Source: Octopus vulgaris (taxonomy: Eukaryota). From it: a stretch of DNA of 64,000 bases. The stretch spans positions 69,378,001 to 69,442,000 of the forward strand of contig OX597815.1 of assembly GCA_951406725.2 (NCBI GenBank), given 5' to 3'. A model generated the notes under the pieces. That model saw nothing but the letters and a program-made list of their open reading frames with translations. It was not told the DNA's origin and made no database searches. The translations under genes and the position numbers were made by a program. Numbering within the stretch: position 1 is the stretch's first letter; the number at the start of each line of letters is the position of its first letter. Shown here piece by piece: positions 53,403-64,000 of the stretch.

Positions 53403-54577
53403 TATAGATTAAACGTAGATCAACTTAGATTACATTGAGCTACATGTGCCACAGACCACTTCAGCTATCGGTACGTAGTATCATATAAGTGTTAAGGACT
53501 GGTAGAACTCATTTCTATCTAACCTACAAGATACCAAGCAAACTCAGACACAAAGTGTTAAACATGGTACCTCACGATTGTGGAGGGAACTTCTTAAACA
53601 GTCAGCCGTCCTGTATATCAGTAATCACATGTACAGATGCGATACAAGGGTTCCTGTGATACAAAAGTACCTGTGGTACAAGAATGCCTGTGATAACACG
53701 TACAAATGGTTCTAAGTTCCAGATTAGTTCGCCGCCACCTTAGTGGAGACATTCACACCTGTTGATCAACTAATCTCTGCAACAAAAACAGTGAATGACT
53801 TTCGTGTTCTGTTCTATAGAACAATTACAGGTCTATTGTATTTGCGGCAGATTGTTGTTTTTAAATGTATGTCCCACCAGTATTTCTAATATTTAAAGCT
53901 GTAGATGCCTTTAGATTCTGTTATAATTCCTGGTATGACTCTCAGGACAATCCCTCCTGCAGGCAACATTGTAAATAACAAGATTATGTGGTCATGTTTC
54001 AAACGAAGGTACTACTTTTCAGTTGTTGAGAAACTGGCGATGATGTAAGCGATATCTTCTACACTGCTATGGTAGAATCGATGTTTTTTGTCAGCAATTA
54101 TTATTGATTAGTAGCTATCACCTATTCCTGGATAGCAAAAACAAATGCTTCAAAGCAGGATGGGATGTAGAATCTAATCTAGGTGAAGGAGTGGTTGCCT
54201 TTATTATCAATATTGCAGGCAATGTATGCATGGCGTATTGTTCTAATGATATGCTGAATCTTTTTCTCACAGTCAACGATAAATGTTTCCAGTCGTTCGG
54301 GGTTTTTAAGTCAGGCAACCCCATTTTTTTTATTCTCGATCTAGCCTAGAGGTTTTGGGTGTGGAGTAATTGCAAAACTCTATGTTAATAGAATATATCT
54401 TTGTAGAGTGTCAGCAAATGATCGGGAAGGAAGTATTGTTTTGTTCAGAAGAAGAACACTAGTCTTTGAGATGCAAATTTTGTTTGTCATGCCAATGGAG
54501 ACTATTTGATTTTTTGACGGTTATAATATGTGTTGTATCACCAATTGTTATGATGATATTTTTTTACACTCTAACCG

Positions 54578-54806
54578 TGTAGTAACAGTAAAATATATAA
54601 CGAAGCAGGGTAACGACAACGTAACGATCCAACAAACTCTCCACGAACTCTCCACGAACTAACAAACGATATTACGACAAACTACCAAAACGACACCTTA
54701 TGACTTACTACGATTAACGCCTTCTCTGCTTTTCACTGAGACCGCTACTATTTATAGTCGTTCGGTCAAGTCAATTCTTGCAGTGGGTATCATGACTCTC
54801 TCCACA
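54578..54806 (-). mobile_element. 3' LTR of the Gypsy element
   Basis: TG...CA ends on the minus strand, preceded by polypurine tract aaaaggggaga (54807-54817); internal TATAAA. Confidence 0.65.
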
Positions 54807-54934
54807 TCTCCCCTTTTGAGATTTCGACTTCCATAGGAAACGAATTTATTTTATTATTATTTTCTTTTTTTTTTCCAACAGTTCCCTCTCTTTTTGAAAT
54901 TTTGCTTCCCTAGGTTTATTAAATCAATTTAGGT

Positions 54935-56795
54935 CTATTAAACCAATGAAAAAGATGGAAGAGATGTTAAGGGAGAAAGATGCATGAAGGGGAGTGATGG
55001 AAGGTTGAATTTTAATGAGAAGGACAGGGGGAGAGTTTGGAAGGAGCATTTGGAGGGAATTATGAACGAAGAGAATGAATGGGATCAGAGGGTGGAAGTT
55101 GCTGTGGTGAAGGAGCAAGTGGAGAGGGTTAGTCAGAAGGAAATAGTGGAGGCAATGAAGGAAATGAAAACAGGAAAGGCAGCTGGTCCATCAAAATGCA
55201 AGTGGAGAGATAGGGATTGCTGCGATGACGGAGCTCTGTCAGGGTGTGCTGCATGGAAGAGGAATGCCAGGATGATTGGGCACTGAGTGTGGTGGTACCG
55301 ATCTTCAAGGGGAAGGGGGTTGCGATGAGTGGCGTATAGGGGGGTGAAGTTATTGGAGCATGCAATGACGATAGTGGAAAGGGTGTTGGAGAGGAGAATT
55401 TGGAAAGGGGTGGATGTGGACGAAATGCAATTTTGTTTTATGCCAGGAAAAGGGACAATAGATGCAGTGTTCATTGTAAGGAGATTGCAAGAGGAATACC
55501 GAGATAAGGAGAAGGAGTTGTACATGTGCTTCGTTGATCTGGAGAAGGCATTTGATAGGGTTCCAAGGAAGGTGATTAAGTGGGCATTGAGGAAGATAGG
55601 TGCATTAGAGGTAATAGAGAGGGCAGTGATGAGTTTGTATGATGGGGTAAAGATAAGAGTTAGAATTGGATCAAAGCTGTCGGAGGAGTTTGCAGTGAAA
55701 GTTGGTGTGCATCAGGGATCTGTGTTGTCACCGTTGTTGTTTGCAATAGTGGTTGATATGGTGACGGAGAGTGCAAGAGAGGGACTGATAATGGAGATAC
55801 TGTATGCAGATGACCTTGTTCCGATGAGCGAGACGATGGAGGAATTGAGGGAGAAGCTTTAGAAATGGAAGGAGGCGTTTGAGAACAAAGGTTTGAAGAT
55901 AAACCTCGGGAAGACAAAGGTGATGGTAAGCGGGGTGGAAAAAGAAGTGTTAGAGAGTAAGGTGGATCCATGTGGTGTATGTGGGAGGAGGGTAATTGCA
56001 AATACAGTGTTGTGTACGAGATGTGAGAAATGGATTCATGTTAGATGTACGAAAATGAAGAAGGTGACCCCAAGACTGGCAAGAGAGTTTACCTGTGGAA
56101 GATGTGAGAAGGGAGCTGGAGGGCTGGCAGAACCACTGGAAACGCTACGTGACGAGGTGGAAACGGTGAGAGGGCTTTGTTATTTGGGAGATAGGGTGGA
56201 TATAAGTTGTGGATGTGAAGCATCTGTGACAGCAAGAGCAAGACTTGGCTGGGTGATGTTCAGGGAATGTGGAGCGTTGTTATATGGGAAAAGGTTCTCA
56301 TTGAAGATGAAAGAAAGGGTCTGTAGGAGTTGCGTGGGAGCTGCAATGCTGTATGGGAGTGAGACATGGTGTCTGATGGGGGGAGAGATGGCAATTTTGA
56401 GAAGAACCGAGAGAACAATGGTACGAGAAATACGTGGTGTGAAGCTGTTTGATAAGAGGAGGACTGAGGACTTGATGGGGATGATGGGGTTGGAGGAATC
56501 GGTGGAACAGCTGGCTAGGGCGAATGGAGTGCAGTGGTATGGGCATTTGTTGGAGAGGGATGAGGAGCATGTTCTGAGGAGGGTACTTGAGTTTTAGGTA
56601 AATGGACCGCGAAAGCGAGGTAGACCTAGGAAAACGTGGAGGGGACAGGTGGAGGAGGAGATTGGAAGAATTGACTTGAGAAGGAAGGACGCCCAAAACT
56701 GGGCAAGATGGTGACATGGTGTGAAGGCGGTTGCTATGGCATTGAGGTAGATCCGGCCACCCCCGTTTACGGGGACAAGACCCGGATTTAAAACA

Positions 56796-56831
<36 letters not shown>
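54935..56831 (+). mobile_element. 5'-truncated RTE-clade LINE with (GAT)n tail
   Basis: YRGVKLL, FVDLEKAFDRVP, GVHQGSVLSP, LYADDL, C4HC3 cysteine cluster, YGSETW, WYGH. Confidence 0.9.
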
Positions 56832-56835
<4 letters not shown>

Positions 56836-56839
56836 AGTT

Positions 56840-59095
56840 CAGTACCTTTTCCGCTTAGGAATTATTTCTAAATGTTTAGTCTGTTTCCGTTTTCTGTTAC
56901 TGCTCTTTCTAGGTTCAATCTCTTTCGGTGCTGGCGAATCGAACATATCGTAAAACATTTCCATTGGAACTTACTTCCTTTCTTCTGTGTGTCTGATTTT
57001 TAGTTGATTTAGGTGTCATTTATGCTCCCATCGCTGACCTTTAATTAAATTACATAATGTTTCCAATTCTTTTAGTCACTACACCATCCTGCCAACTCTC
57101 TTTACCGCCCTTGAATACTTTAAAATAGACTTTGTCTCCGACATCAAAATGTTTAGTTGAATTTTTTGTATTTTCTCTAAACGTTTTTTCCTTTGGCAAC
57201 AATTTGTCGAAAATCTATTTAGTCTTTCGTGCGAACATTAGCTCTGCAGGCGACTTGCCTCAACTGGTAATCGGATTGGGCGTTATTCTGTACACCCATA
57301 AAAATTTAGTTAGCGATTCATCATTTCCTAACTCGTTCCTTGCCTTTTTTAGCGCTCGCGAATCGTTCTGTTTGCCCATTTGACCTTGGGTGGTAGGGTG
57401 GAGTAAACGCGTTTGAACGTATGCATTTTGCAGGATTTCTTGAACTTGTATCCTGTAAATTATGTTCCATTGTCTGATACTATGGTGTCCGGAACACCGT
57501 ATCGAGCAAAAAGTTCGTGCAGGAACTTCATTGTTGCCTCCGAGGTAGGTTGACTGCACCTACATACTTCCGGCCACTTAGTAAAGCTATCAACAATGAT
57601 CAAGTAGTACGCGCCATTCACTGGTCCAGCGTAGTCTCTGTGTACCCTGGATCATGGACGATCCGTCTCAGGCCACGATTGGTATTTTACCGGTGGTGCC
57701 TTGGCTGCTAACGCAAAACCTCCACATAATTTCACCAAATTTTCAATGTCCTGGTCCATTGTCGGTCAATACACGTAACTCTTCGTGTGTACATTAATAC
57801 ATCATCGCAGAGTAAAAAATATGTCGCCTTCGTGTTCTACTTTTGTTTATTTTTGAAGGTTTCCTTCATTTTTATGATGTATTTGTCCTCCGCTGATTTA
57901 CTTTTTATATCTTGTACAGCCACTGGCAACTCCTGATTGACATTGCACATAACGTTTTTAATTTTCTTTTCTGATTGTAATGCAGCTATCGCCGTATCTT
58001 CGAGCGGTTCTGCATTCTTCGGAATTAGCCTAGATAAACAATCCGCATGGTCAATTTTCTTAGAAGGAATGCACTCCATCTTAAAGTTGTAATTTAACAA
58101 TATTGTACCCCAGCGTTGTAATCTGTTAACTGTATGGGTAAGAATTCCTGTCTTCGATCCGAAAATTGATAGTAACAGTCGGTGGTCCATCTGAAGCCGA
58201 AATTTTCTACAGTGGAGAAATCTGTGAAATTTCTTCACGGTAAAAATAATCGCTAGAGTTTCTTTCTCTATCTGAGTGTATTTTTTTTCTGCTGCAATCA
58301 GAGCACTTGAGGCATGAACCACCGCCTTCATATTACCGTCTTTATATTTGTATAGCAAAACTGATTCTACACCATATTCAGAAGCGTTAGAAGCTACAAT
58401 CTCTGCTGCAGGATCGAAATGAGCCAGTGACAAATCCGAAATTAATATTTTTTAATTATCTTGAAACGCCTTTCATCAATTCTATTTGGCGTCTTTCTTT
58501 AGCAAATTAAGTGGAGCTCTCAATTCATACATGTTTGGTATGTAATTTTGATAATAGCTCGCTAGGCTAAGAAAAGCTTGTAATATCACTAATTGCGTCT
58601 GCCCTCGACGGGCCAGGTCGTCTTCCATTTTTATCTACAATTTGTCCTAGATATTTAATTTTTGGCAAAAAAAATTCACGTTTCTCTTCACTGGGTGTGA
58701 AACCGTAATCTCTTAGTTTTTGAAAATCACATTTGACATGTTCAATATGCTGATCACGAGATTCACTTTTAATACATCATCGAAGTATGGAATTGCAAGT
58801 TGACAGTCCATCAACATCGCATCCATAACCTGTTGAAATATTCTTTTCTACTCTAGGCACAAGGCCCGACATTTTGGGGGAGGGGACCAGTCGATTAGCT
58901 CGACCCCAGTACGCAACTGGTACTTACTTTATCAACCCAGAAAGGATGAAAAGCAAAGTCGACTTCGGCAGAATTTGAACTCAGAACATAAAGACAGAAC
59001 TGTTGAAATATTTCAGGTGCGACCTTCAGACCAAATGGCAATCTATTATATTTATATAGTCCTCTGTGTGTATTCACTCTTAGAAGCTTCGGATA
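56840..59095 (-). mobile_element. Ty3/Gypsy pol remnant (RT, RNase H, integrase)
   Basis: NTHRGLYKYNRLPFGLKVAPEIFQ, PYFDD, NASEYG...IEKETLAIIF...RLQRW, YRITP. Confidence 0.85.
58843..58999 (-). mobile_element. 5'-truncated SINE family B inside the Gypsy RT, with 13-bp TSD
   Basis: ctgttgaaatatt at 58830 and 59000. Confidence 0.85.
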
Positions 59096-59299
59096 ATAAC
59101 AGTTATGTTTCATTAGGAAGGTGGACTTAATAGTAAGTTTAATAATTAGTATGTATTGCTGAATATGGTTTTGTAAGATGTACATGTTGCCCGTTACTCT
59201 ACTTATTGAGGTAAGTCGTACCATAGAAAAAAGTAATGAAAAGTGTTTCTGGAAAAGGTTAGTTTATAACACGATACTATTTTTAATATTTATTGTGTT

Positions 59300-59462
59300 T
59301 AGCTGCATTTTGCCCGTCTTTACGTCCTGATTTCAAATTCTGCCGAAGTCGACTTTGCCTTTCATCCTTTCAAGGCCGATAAAATAAGTACCATTTCAGC
59401 ACTGGGATCGATGTAATCGATATACTCATTGAAATTGCTGGCTTCTGCCAAAATTTGAAACC
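59300..59462 (+). mobile_element. SINE family B
   Basis: ttcaaattctgccgaagtcgactttgcctttcatccttt. Confidence 0.75.
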
Positions 59463-60139
59463 AATATCTGTTATGCTCTACAGTCTTATTATTCACATCC
59501 AAACCGGAATTGACTGAAACGTTAATACTTCAACCGAAATATATATCTAAAAAAAAAAAATAAGAAAAAAAATAAGGAAAAAGGTTGCAGCCCTACTGTG
59601 GTCTCGGTTGAAATCTCATTGGGATTGATTTTTCCCCTTTCATCTCTACAAGATCGTATCGGATTGATTTATTTTCTCCGACAAATCTAATGTTTTGTAG
59701 CCAATCATAAAATCATTATTATTTATAATTTTTTTCACCTTCTTAGTGATTTTTTGGATTATCTGAGTCTTGCTTTTGATGTCAGGAATCTAAGACAGTT
59801 TGGTGGAACAAATTCCCTTCCATGTTTTATATTCCTGGGAAGATTTCAGCCTATAGGTTAAATGAACTGTTCGTCGTTGATAACTTTTGAGTTGAACTAC
59901 TGAAAGATTGGGAGCATATTTACAGTCTGGTGAGATCTAAGTCCTGAAGACAAGGTCGTCAGTTTTGCATTCCATCCCCCCTCCTCAATATGGCCTAGTA
60001 GCGGCTGTATCTGATATTAACCCAGTATTTCGAAGTCGAAGGGAAGTGAATCCGTTACCCTGGATAGGAGTTCATTCCAGGTACTATGAGCAGGGGCCAG
60101 CTGCATCCGAAACAGTGTAATGTAGGGTCGTCGTATTCT

Positions 60140-60525
60140 TTTGTAATGATTGAGGTCACAATCCACATCATAAGTTCACTACCTATTATTCAAGAAGAAT
60201 GCTCACCATCCAGGATTTCTGCTCACCATTCACTATCTAAGGTCACAGTCGACTACTTAAGACCACTATCTACTATTCGTAGTCTCTACACAATACCCAA
60301 GATCAATACTTACTACCCCCAAATCATTACTCCCTATCCAATGTCACTAACCACTACCAAAGAGGAATATCAACTATCCGAGATAATTACCCACTACTCG
60401 AAGTCATTATTCATGATCTGAGGTCATTATTAATTATCTAAGGTCCCTACATACTATCAAAAATCATACCTATTTACCAAGATCACTATCTAAAGTCACT
60501 ATCTACTATCCAAGATCACTACCCA
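60140..60525. repeat. Degenerate ~20-bp minisatellite
   Basis: aaggtcact-/aagatcact-...ctactatc units. Confidence 0.55.
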
Positions 60526-60719
60526 GTGCTCTCTGAAGCTCCATGGCGAGTTGCAATAACTAAGACAGATTTATTTACAGACAAGGGGATTTGATCCACA
60601 TACACTGAGTGTCTTGGTTAGGGACACATTGTAGTGCAGGTTAAAGGATGCGAACCACTGATTCTCTGGTCAATAGGATCTCGTACTTTCGACGCAAGGA
60701 ACATTTCATTTCTTTACAT

Positions 60720-60720
<1 letters not shown>

Positions 60721-60771
<51 letters not shown>

Positions 60772-60943
60772 CGATTACACTGAGAATAATAACGACTACG
60801 ACGACAGTAACGATGACGACAGCGACGACGACGACGATGTTGATGATGATAATGACAACGACAACAATGACGATGATGATGATGATGATGATGATGACGA
60901 CGATAACGATGACGACGACGACGATGATGATGATGATGATGAT
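60721..60943. repeat. (AAT)/(GAC)/(GAT) compound microsatellite
   Basis: Direct reading. Confidence 0.9.
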
Positions 60944-61957
60944 GGTCAATTACTGAAATATGTAATCTTGACAGAAAAATACGAAAATTGTTGACAATGC
61001 ATAGAATGCACCACCCTAAAGCAGATATAGAACGACTTTATCTGCTAAGAAAAGAGGGAAGCCGTGGAATTTTACAACTGGAATTGACGATGAAGATTGC
61101 CACAAATGGCTTAGACACCTACCTGAAAAACTCTGATCACTGGATGTTAAAACTTGTCTCAAAACATGAAAATAAGAAAGCATCATACTCAGTAACAAAA
61201 CAGGCAAAGGAATATCAAAGTGAATTCCAAATACAACAAATTTCAGAATTAGACGAACTAGAAACAAACACAGAAAAAGCTAAGCGTTTGAAAACCCGTG
61301 CTAAAACTACTGCCTTTTAGATATTCTTACTGATAAATGACAAGAAAAACCTCTCAATGGCAAATATCCAAAGAGAGCTAGTAGTGCCGATGTTGACAAA
61401 GCCCCTGCCCGTCAGTGGCTAATGGCTTCTGGCTTAAAATCAGAAACAGAAGGGTTTATTATAGTAGGCAAAGATCAATGCTTACCTACAAGAAACTACC
61501 AGACCAACATATTAAAGAACGGTAGCTTCCCAACATGTGTATGTCAACAACAAAATGAAACCATTGATCATCTTGTCTCCATGTGCAGTCTTCTTGCGCC
61601 TACAGAGTATCTCAGCAGGCATGATAGAGTAGCACAATATATTCACTGGGTAATTTGCAAAGACTTGGACCTGCCCCATGATAAAAACTAGTGGGAACAC
61701 AAACAACCTCCAGTGCTTGGAAATGATCACATTTCACTCCTCTGGAACTTCACCATTCAAACTGACAGACAGATAGATGCAAATAGGCCAGAGATTATAA
61801 TGAAATACTTCGGACAAAAATCATGCCTCCTCATTGATATGACTGTCCCAATCGATATAAACGTATCTGTCAAGACCTACCAAAAACTGAGCAAGTATAA
61901 AGATCTTGAAATAGAAATTAGCAAAATGTGGAACTTAAAGACTAAAACAATACCTGG
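60944..61957 (+). mobile_element. R4/Dong-like 3' fragment (CCHC knuckle plus restriction-like endonuclease)
   Basis: MHHPKADIERLY, ETIDHLVSMC, RHDRV, NRPEI..IDMTVP, KYKDL. Confidence 0.85.
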
Positions 61958-62070
61958 TTGTGATGCATGTACCTGGTGTACCCTTATCAGACGAGTAGTC
62001 ATGAAGGGTAAAATGGGCTTCGTATATTTTACCCAGTGTCACTTTGATGGCATGCACTGCTCTCTCACTC

Positions 62071-62147
<77 letters not shown>

Positions 62148-62200
62148 CAACAATAATAATAATAATAATAATAATAATGATGATGATGATGATGATGATG

Positions 62201-62249
<49 letters not shown>

Positions 62250-62260
62250 TGATGATGATG

Positions 62261-62315
<55 letters not shown>

Positions 62316-62327
62316 TAATAATAATAA
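62071..62327. repeat. (AAT)n/(GAT)n microsatellite
   Basis: Direct reading. Confidence 0.95.
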
Positions 62328-62630
62328 ATTTTGGCTATGGGATTTTCACATTCAGACAAACAGATATCATTTTAGGTGGCAACAAACAATGCTGATAAGA
62401 TAAACCAAGTAGAAAGCATGTTGAAATATTCTGATTTAAAAGAGATAGAGAAAAAACGGCGACATCTCACAATAAAAGAGAAAGTAGTTCCATTAGTTAT
62501 CATCGGATCATTGGGTTCAATTCCTTAAAAAACTATCATATCAACTGGAATAAGGCAGATTATACGAGTGCTCAAAAACTCGACCCTCCTTGGAAGCGTC
62601 GATATTCTTAGAAAGGGACTTTCTGTTTAA
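62328..62630 (+). mobile_element. Second R4/Dong-like terminal fragment
   Basis: LWDFHIQT, KYSDL, IIGSLGSI, LLGSVDILRK. Confidence 0.6.
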
Positions 62631-63179
62631 GGTTTCTGTTAAAGTTTCACAGTTAGCATGAAGAAAAAGCAACTAAAATCGGTATTTCTTACCCATAACA
62701 ATGATAATGATGATGATGATGACGACGACGACGACGACGAGGATGATTATGACAACGACGATGACGATGATGATCATCACATGTTAATGCTTATGTGGAG
62801 AAAGAAAGGGTGCAAGAAAGAGAGAGAAAGAGAGAGAGAGAAAGAGAGAGAGAGAAAGAGAGAGAGAGAAAGAGAGAGAGAGTAAGAGTCGTGGTGTTAG
62901 TGTGAGTAAAAATGTTGTCGCTCACATCACAACGTCTTGCCTCACCAAACATTCAGAAGAAAACCAGTGACTGTAACCATTCCAAGACATTGCTTCTTGC
63001 GCAACAATTGCCTCATATCACAAATGGTGCCAGATATGTTCAAACAGAATCTAACCAATGCCAAAAATGGAAAGACAGATATTTTGTAAAACAATATCAA
63101 CCGGTGCGGTGGCGGCGGCAGCGGTGGTGGAGATGTTGGCGACGACGATAACGGTGGCGGCGGCGACTGCAATTGTGCT

Positions 63180-63872
63180 GCTGCTGATGTTGATAAAGAT
63201 GGCGCTAACGACGATGATAATGATGAGATAAAGATGTATACGATAAAGATGATGATGATGAAGATGATGATGATGATGATGATGATGTGAAGGCGGGGAA
63301 GATAGGAGAAAAGAGGAAGAGAAGGTGAGAAGAGGAGTGGAGGTAGTGGAGGTGAGGAGGAAAAGAGGAAGAGAAGGTGAGAAGAGGAGTGGAGTTAGTG
63401 GAGGTGAGGAGGAAAAGAGGAGAAGGAAGAGGAGAGATCAGGTAGAGGAGGTGTGAGAGGGAAGTAGGTATGAAGGGAAGGTAGAGATAAGGGGATGGTG
63501 AAGGAGAGGGTGGAAACGAGGAGAGTAAGGCGGTGGTGGATGATAAAAGGGGTGTCGATGGTGACAATGATGAAAGTGATGGTTGAGATGGTGCTGATAA
63601 TAATGGAGAGGAAGATGCAAATGTTTGTGATATTAGTGGTGGTGGCGGTGTTGCTGATGCTGCTACTGCTGCTGCTGCTGATGATGATAATGATGACAGT
63701 GGTGGTGGTGTGATGGTGGCGATAGCATTAATGATGGTAGCCTTGGTGATGATAGTGATGTTGATGATGATGATATGATGATGAAGATGACGATGGTCAT
63801 GATGATAATGATGATGACGCTGATGACGACGACGATGATGATGATGACGTTGGTGATGGTGATGGTGATGGC
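63180..63872. repeat. Low-complexity (GAT/GGT/GAG) region with a ~52-bp tandem duplication
   Basis: gaaaagaggaagagaaggtgagaagaggagtggag occurs twice at 63308-63420. Confidence 0.8.
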
Positions 63873-64000
63873 TAAAGCAATTTAGTCATTTCATTTTAAC
63901 CAGATCAGAGCTTTAATAAAACTAGCAAAACAATCCAGAATCATCACATTTAACTAAAGAGAGACTATTTATCGACAGGCAATTTAAATATACTACAATA

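Noticed and set aside
53880-54540. Possible decayed coding fragment on the minus strand
   Set aside because: Could not be assigned to any family

Overview
AT-rich eukaryotic DNA, saturated with microsatellites and transposons, with no recognisable host gene. The SINE families suggest an octopus or other coleoid genome (inference). Contents: many copies of three tRNA-type SINE families; two Penelope-like retroelement (PLE) remnants, one Naiad-like and one Neptune-like; R4/Dong-like and RTE LINE fragments; a decayed Ty3/Gypsy element with a 3' LTR; mariner, hAT and Chapaev-like DNA transposons; MITEs; a non-autonomous Helitron; an edge-truncated STPR-like ORF; and an old ~360-bp tandem array. 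The most notable signal is a set of minimal type-I hammerhead ribozyme (HHR) motifs. Three of them lie in non-coding elements built from 340-504 nt circularly permuted units with inverted arms, mostly inserted in (TA)n. Another lies in the 3' UTR of the Naiad-like PLE, which has a fold-back 5' end. Together these suggest a retrozyme/PLE-mobilised circular-RNA system. Coordinates were read by eye and family names come from motif recognition, not database searches.
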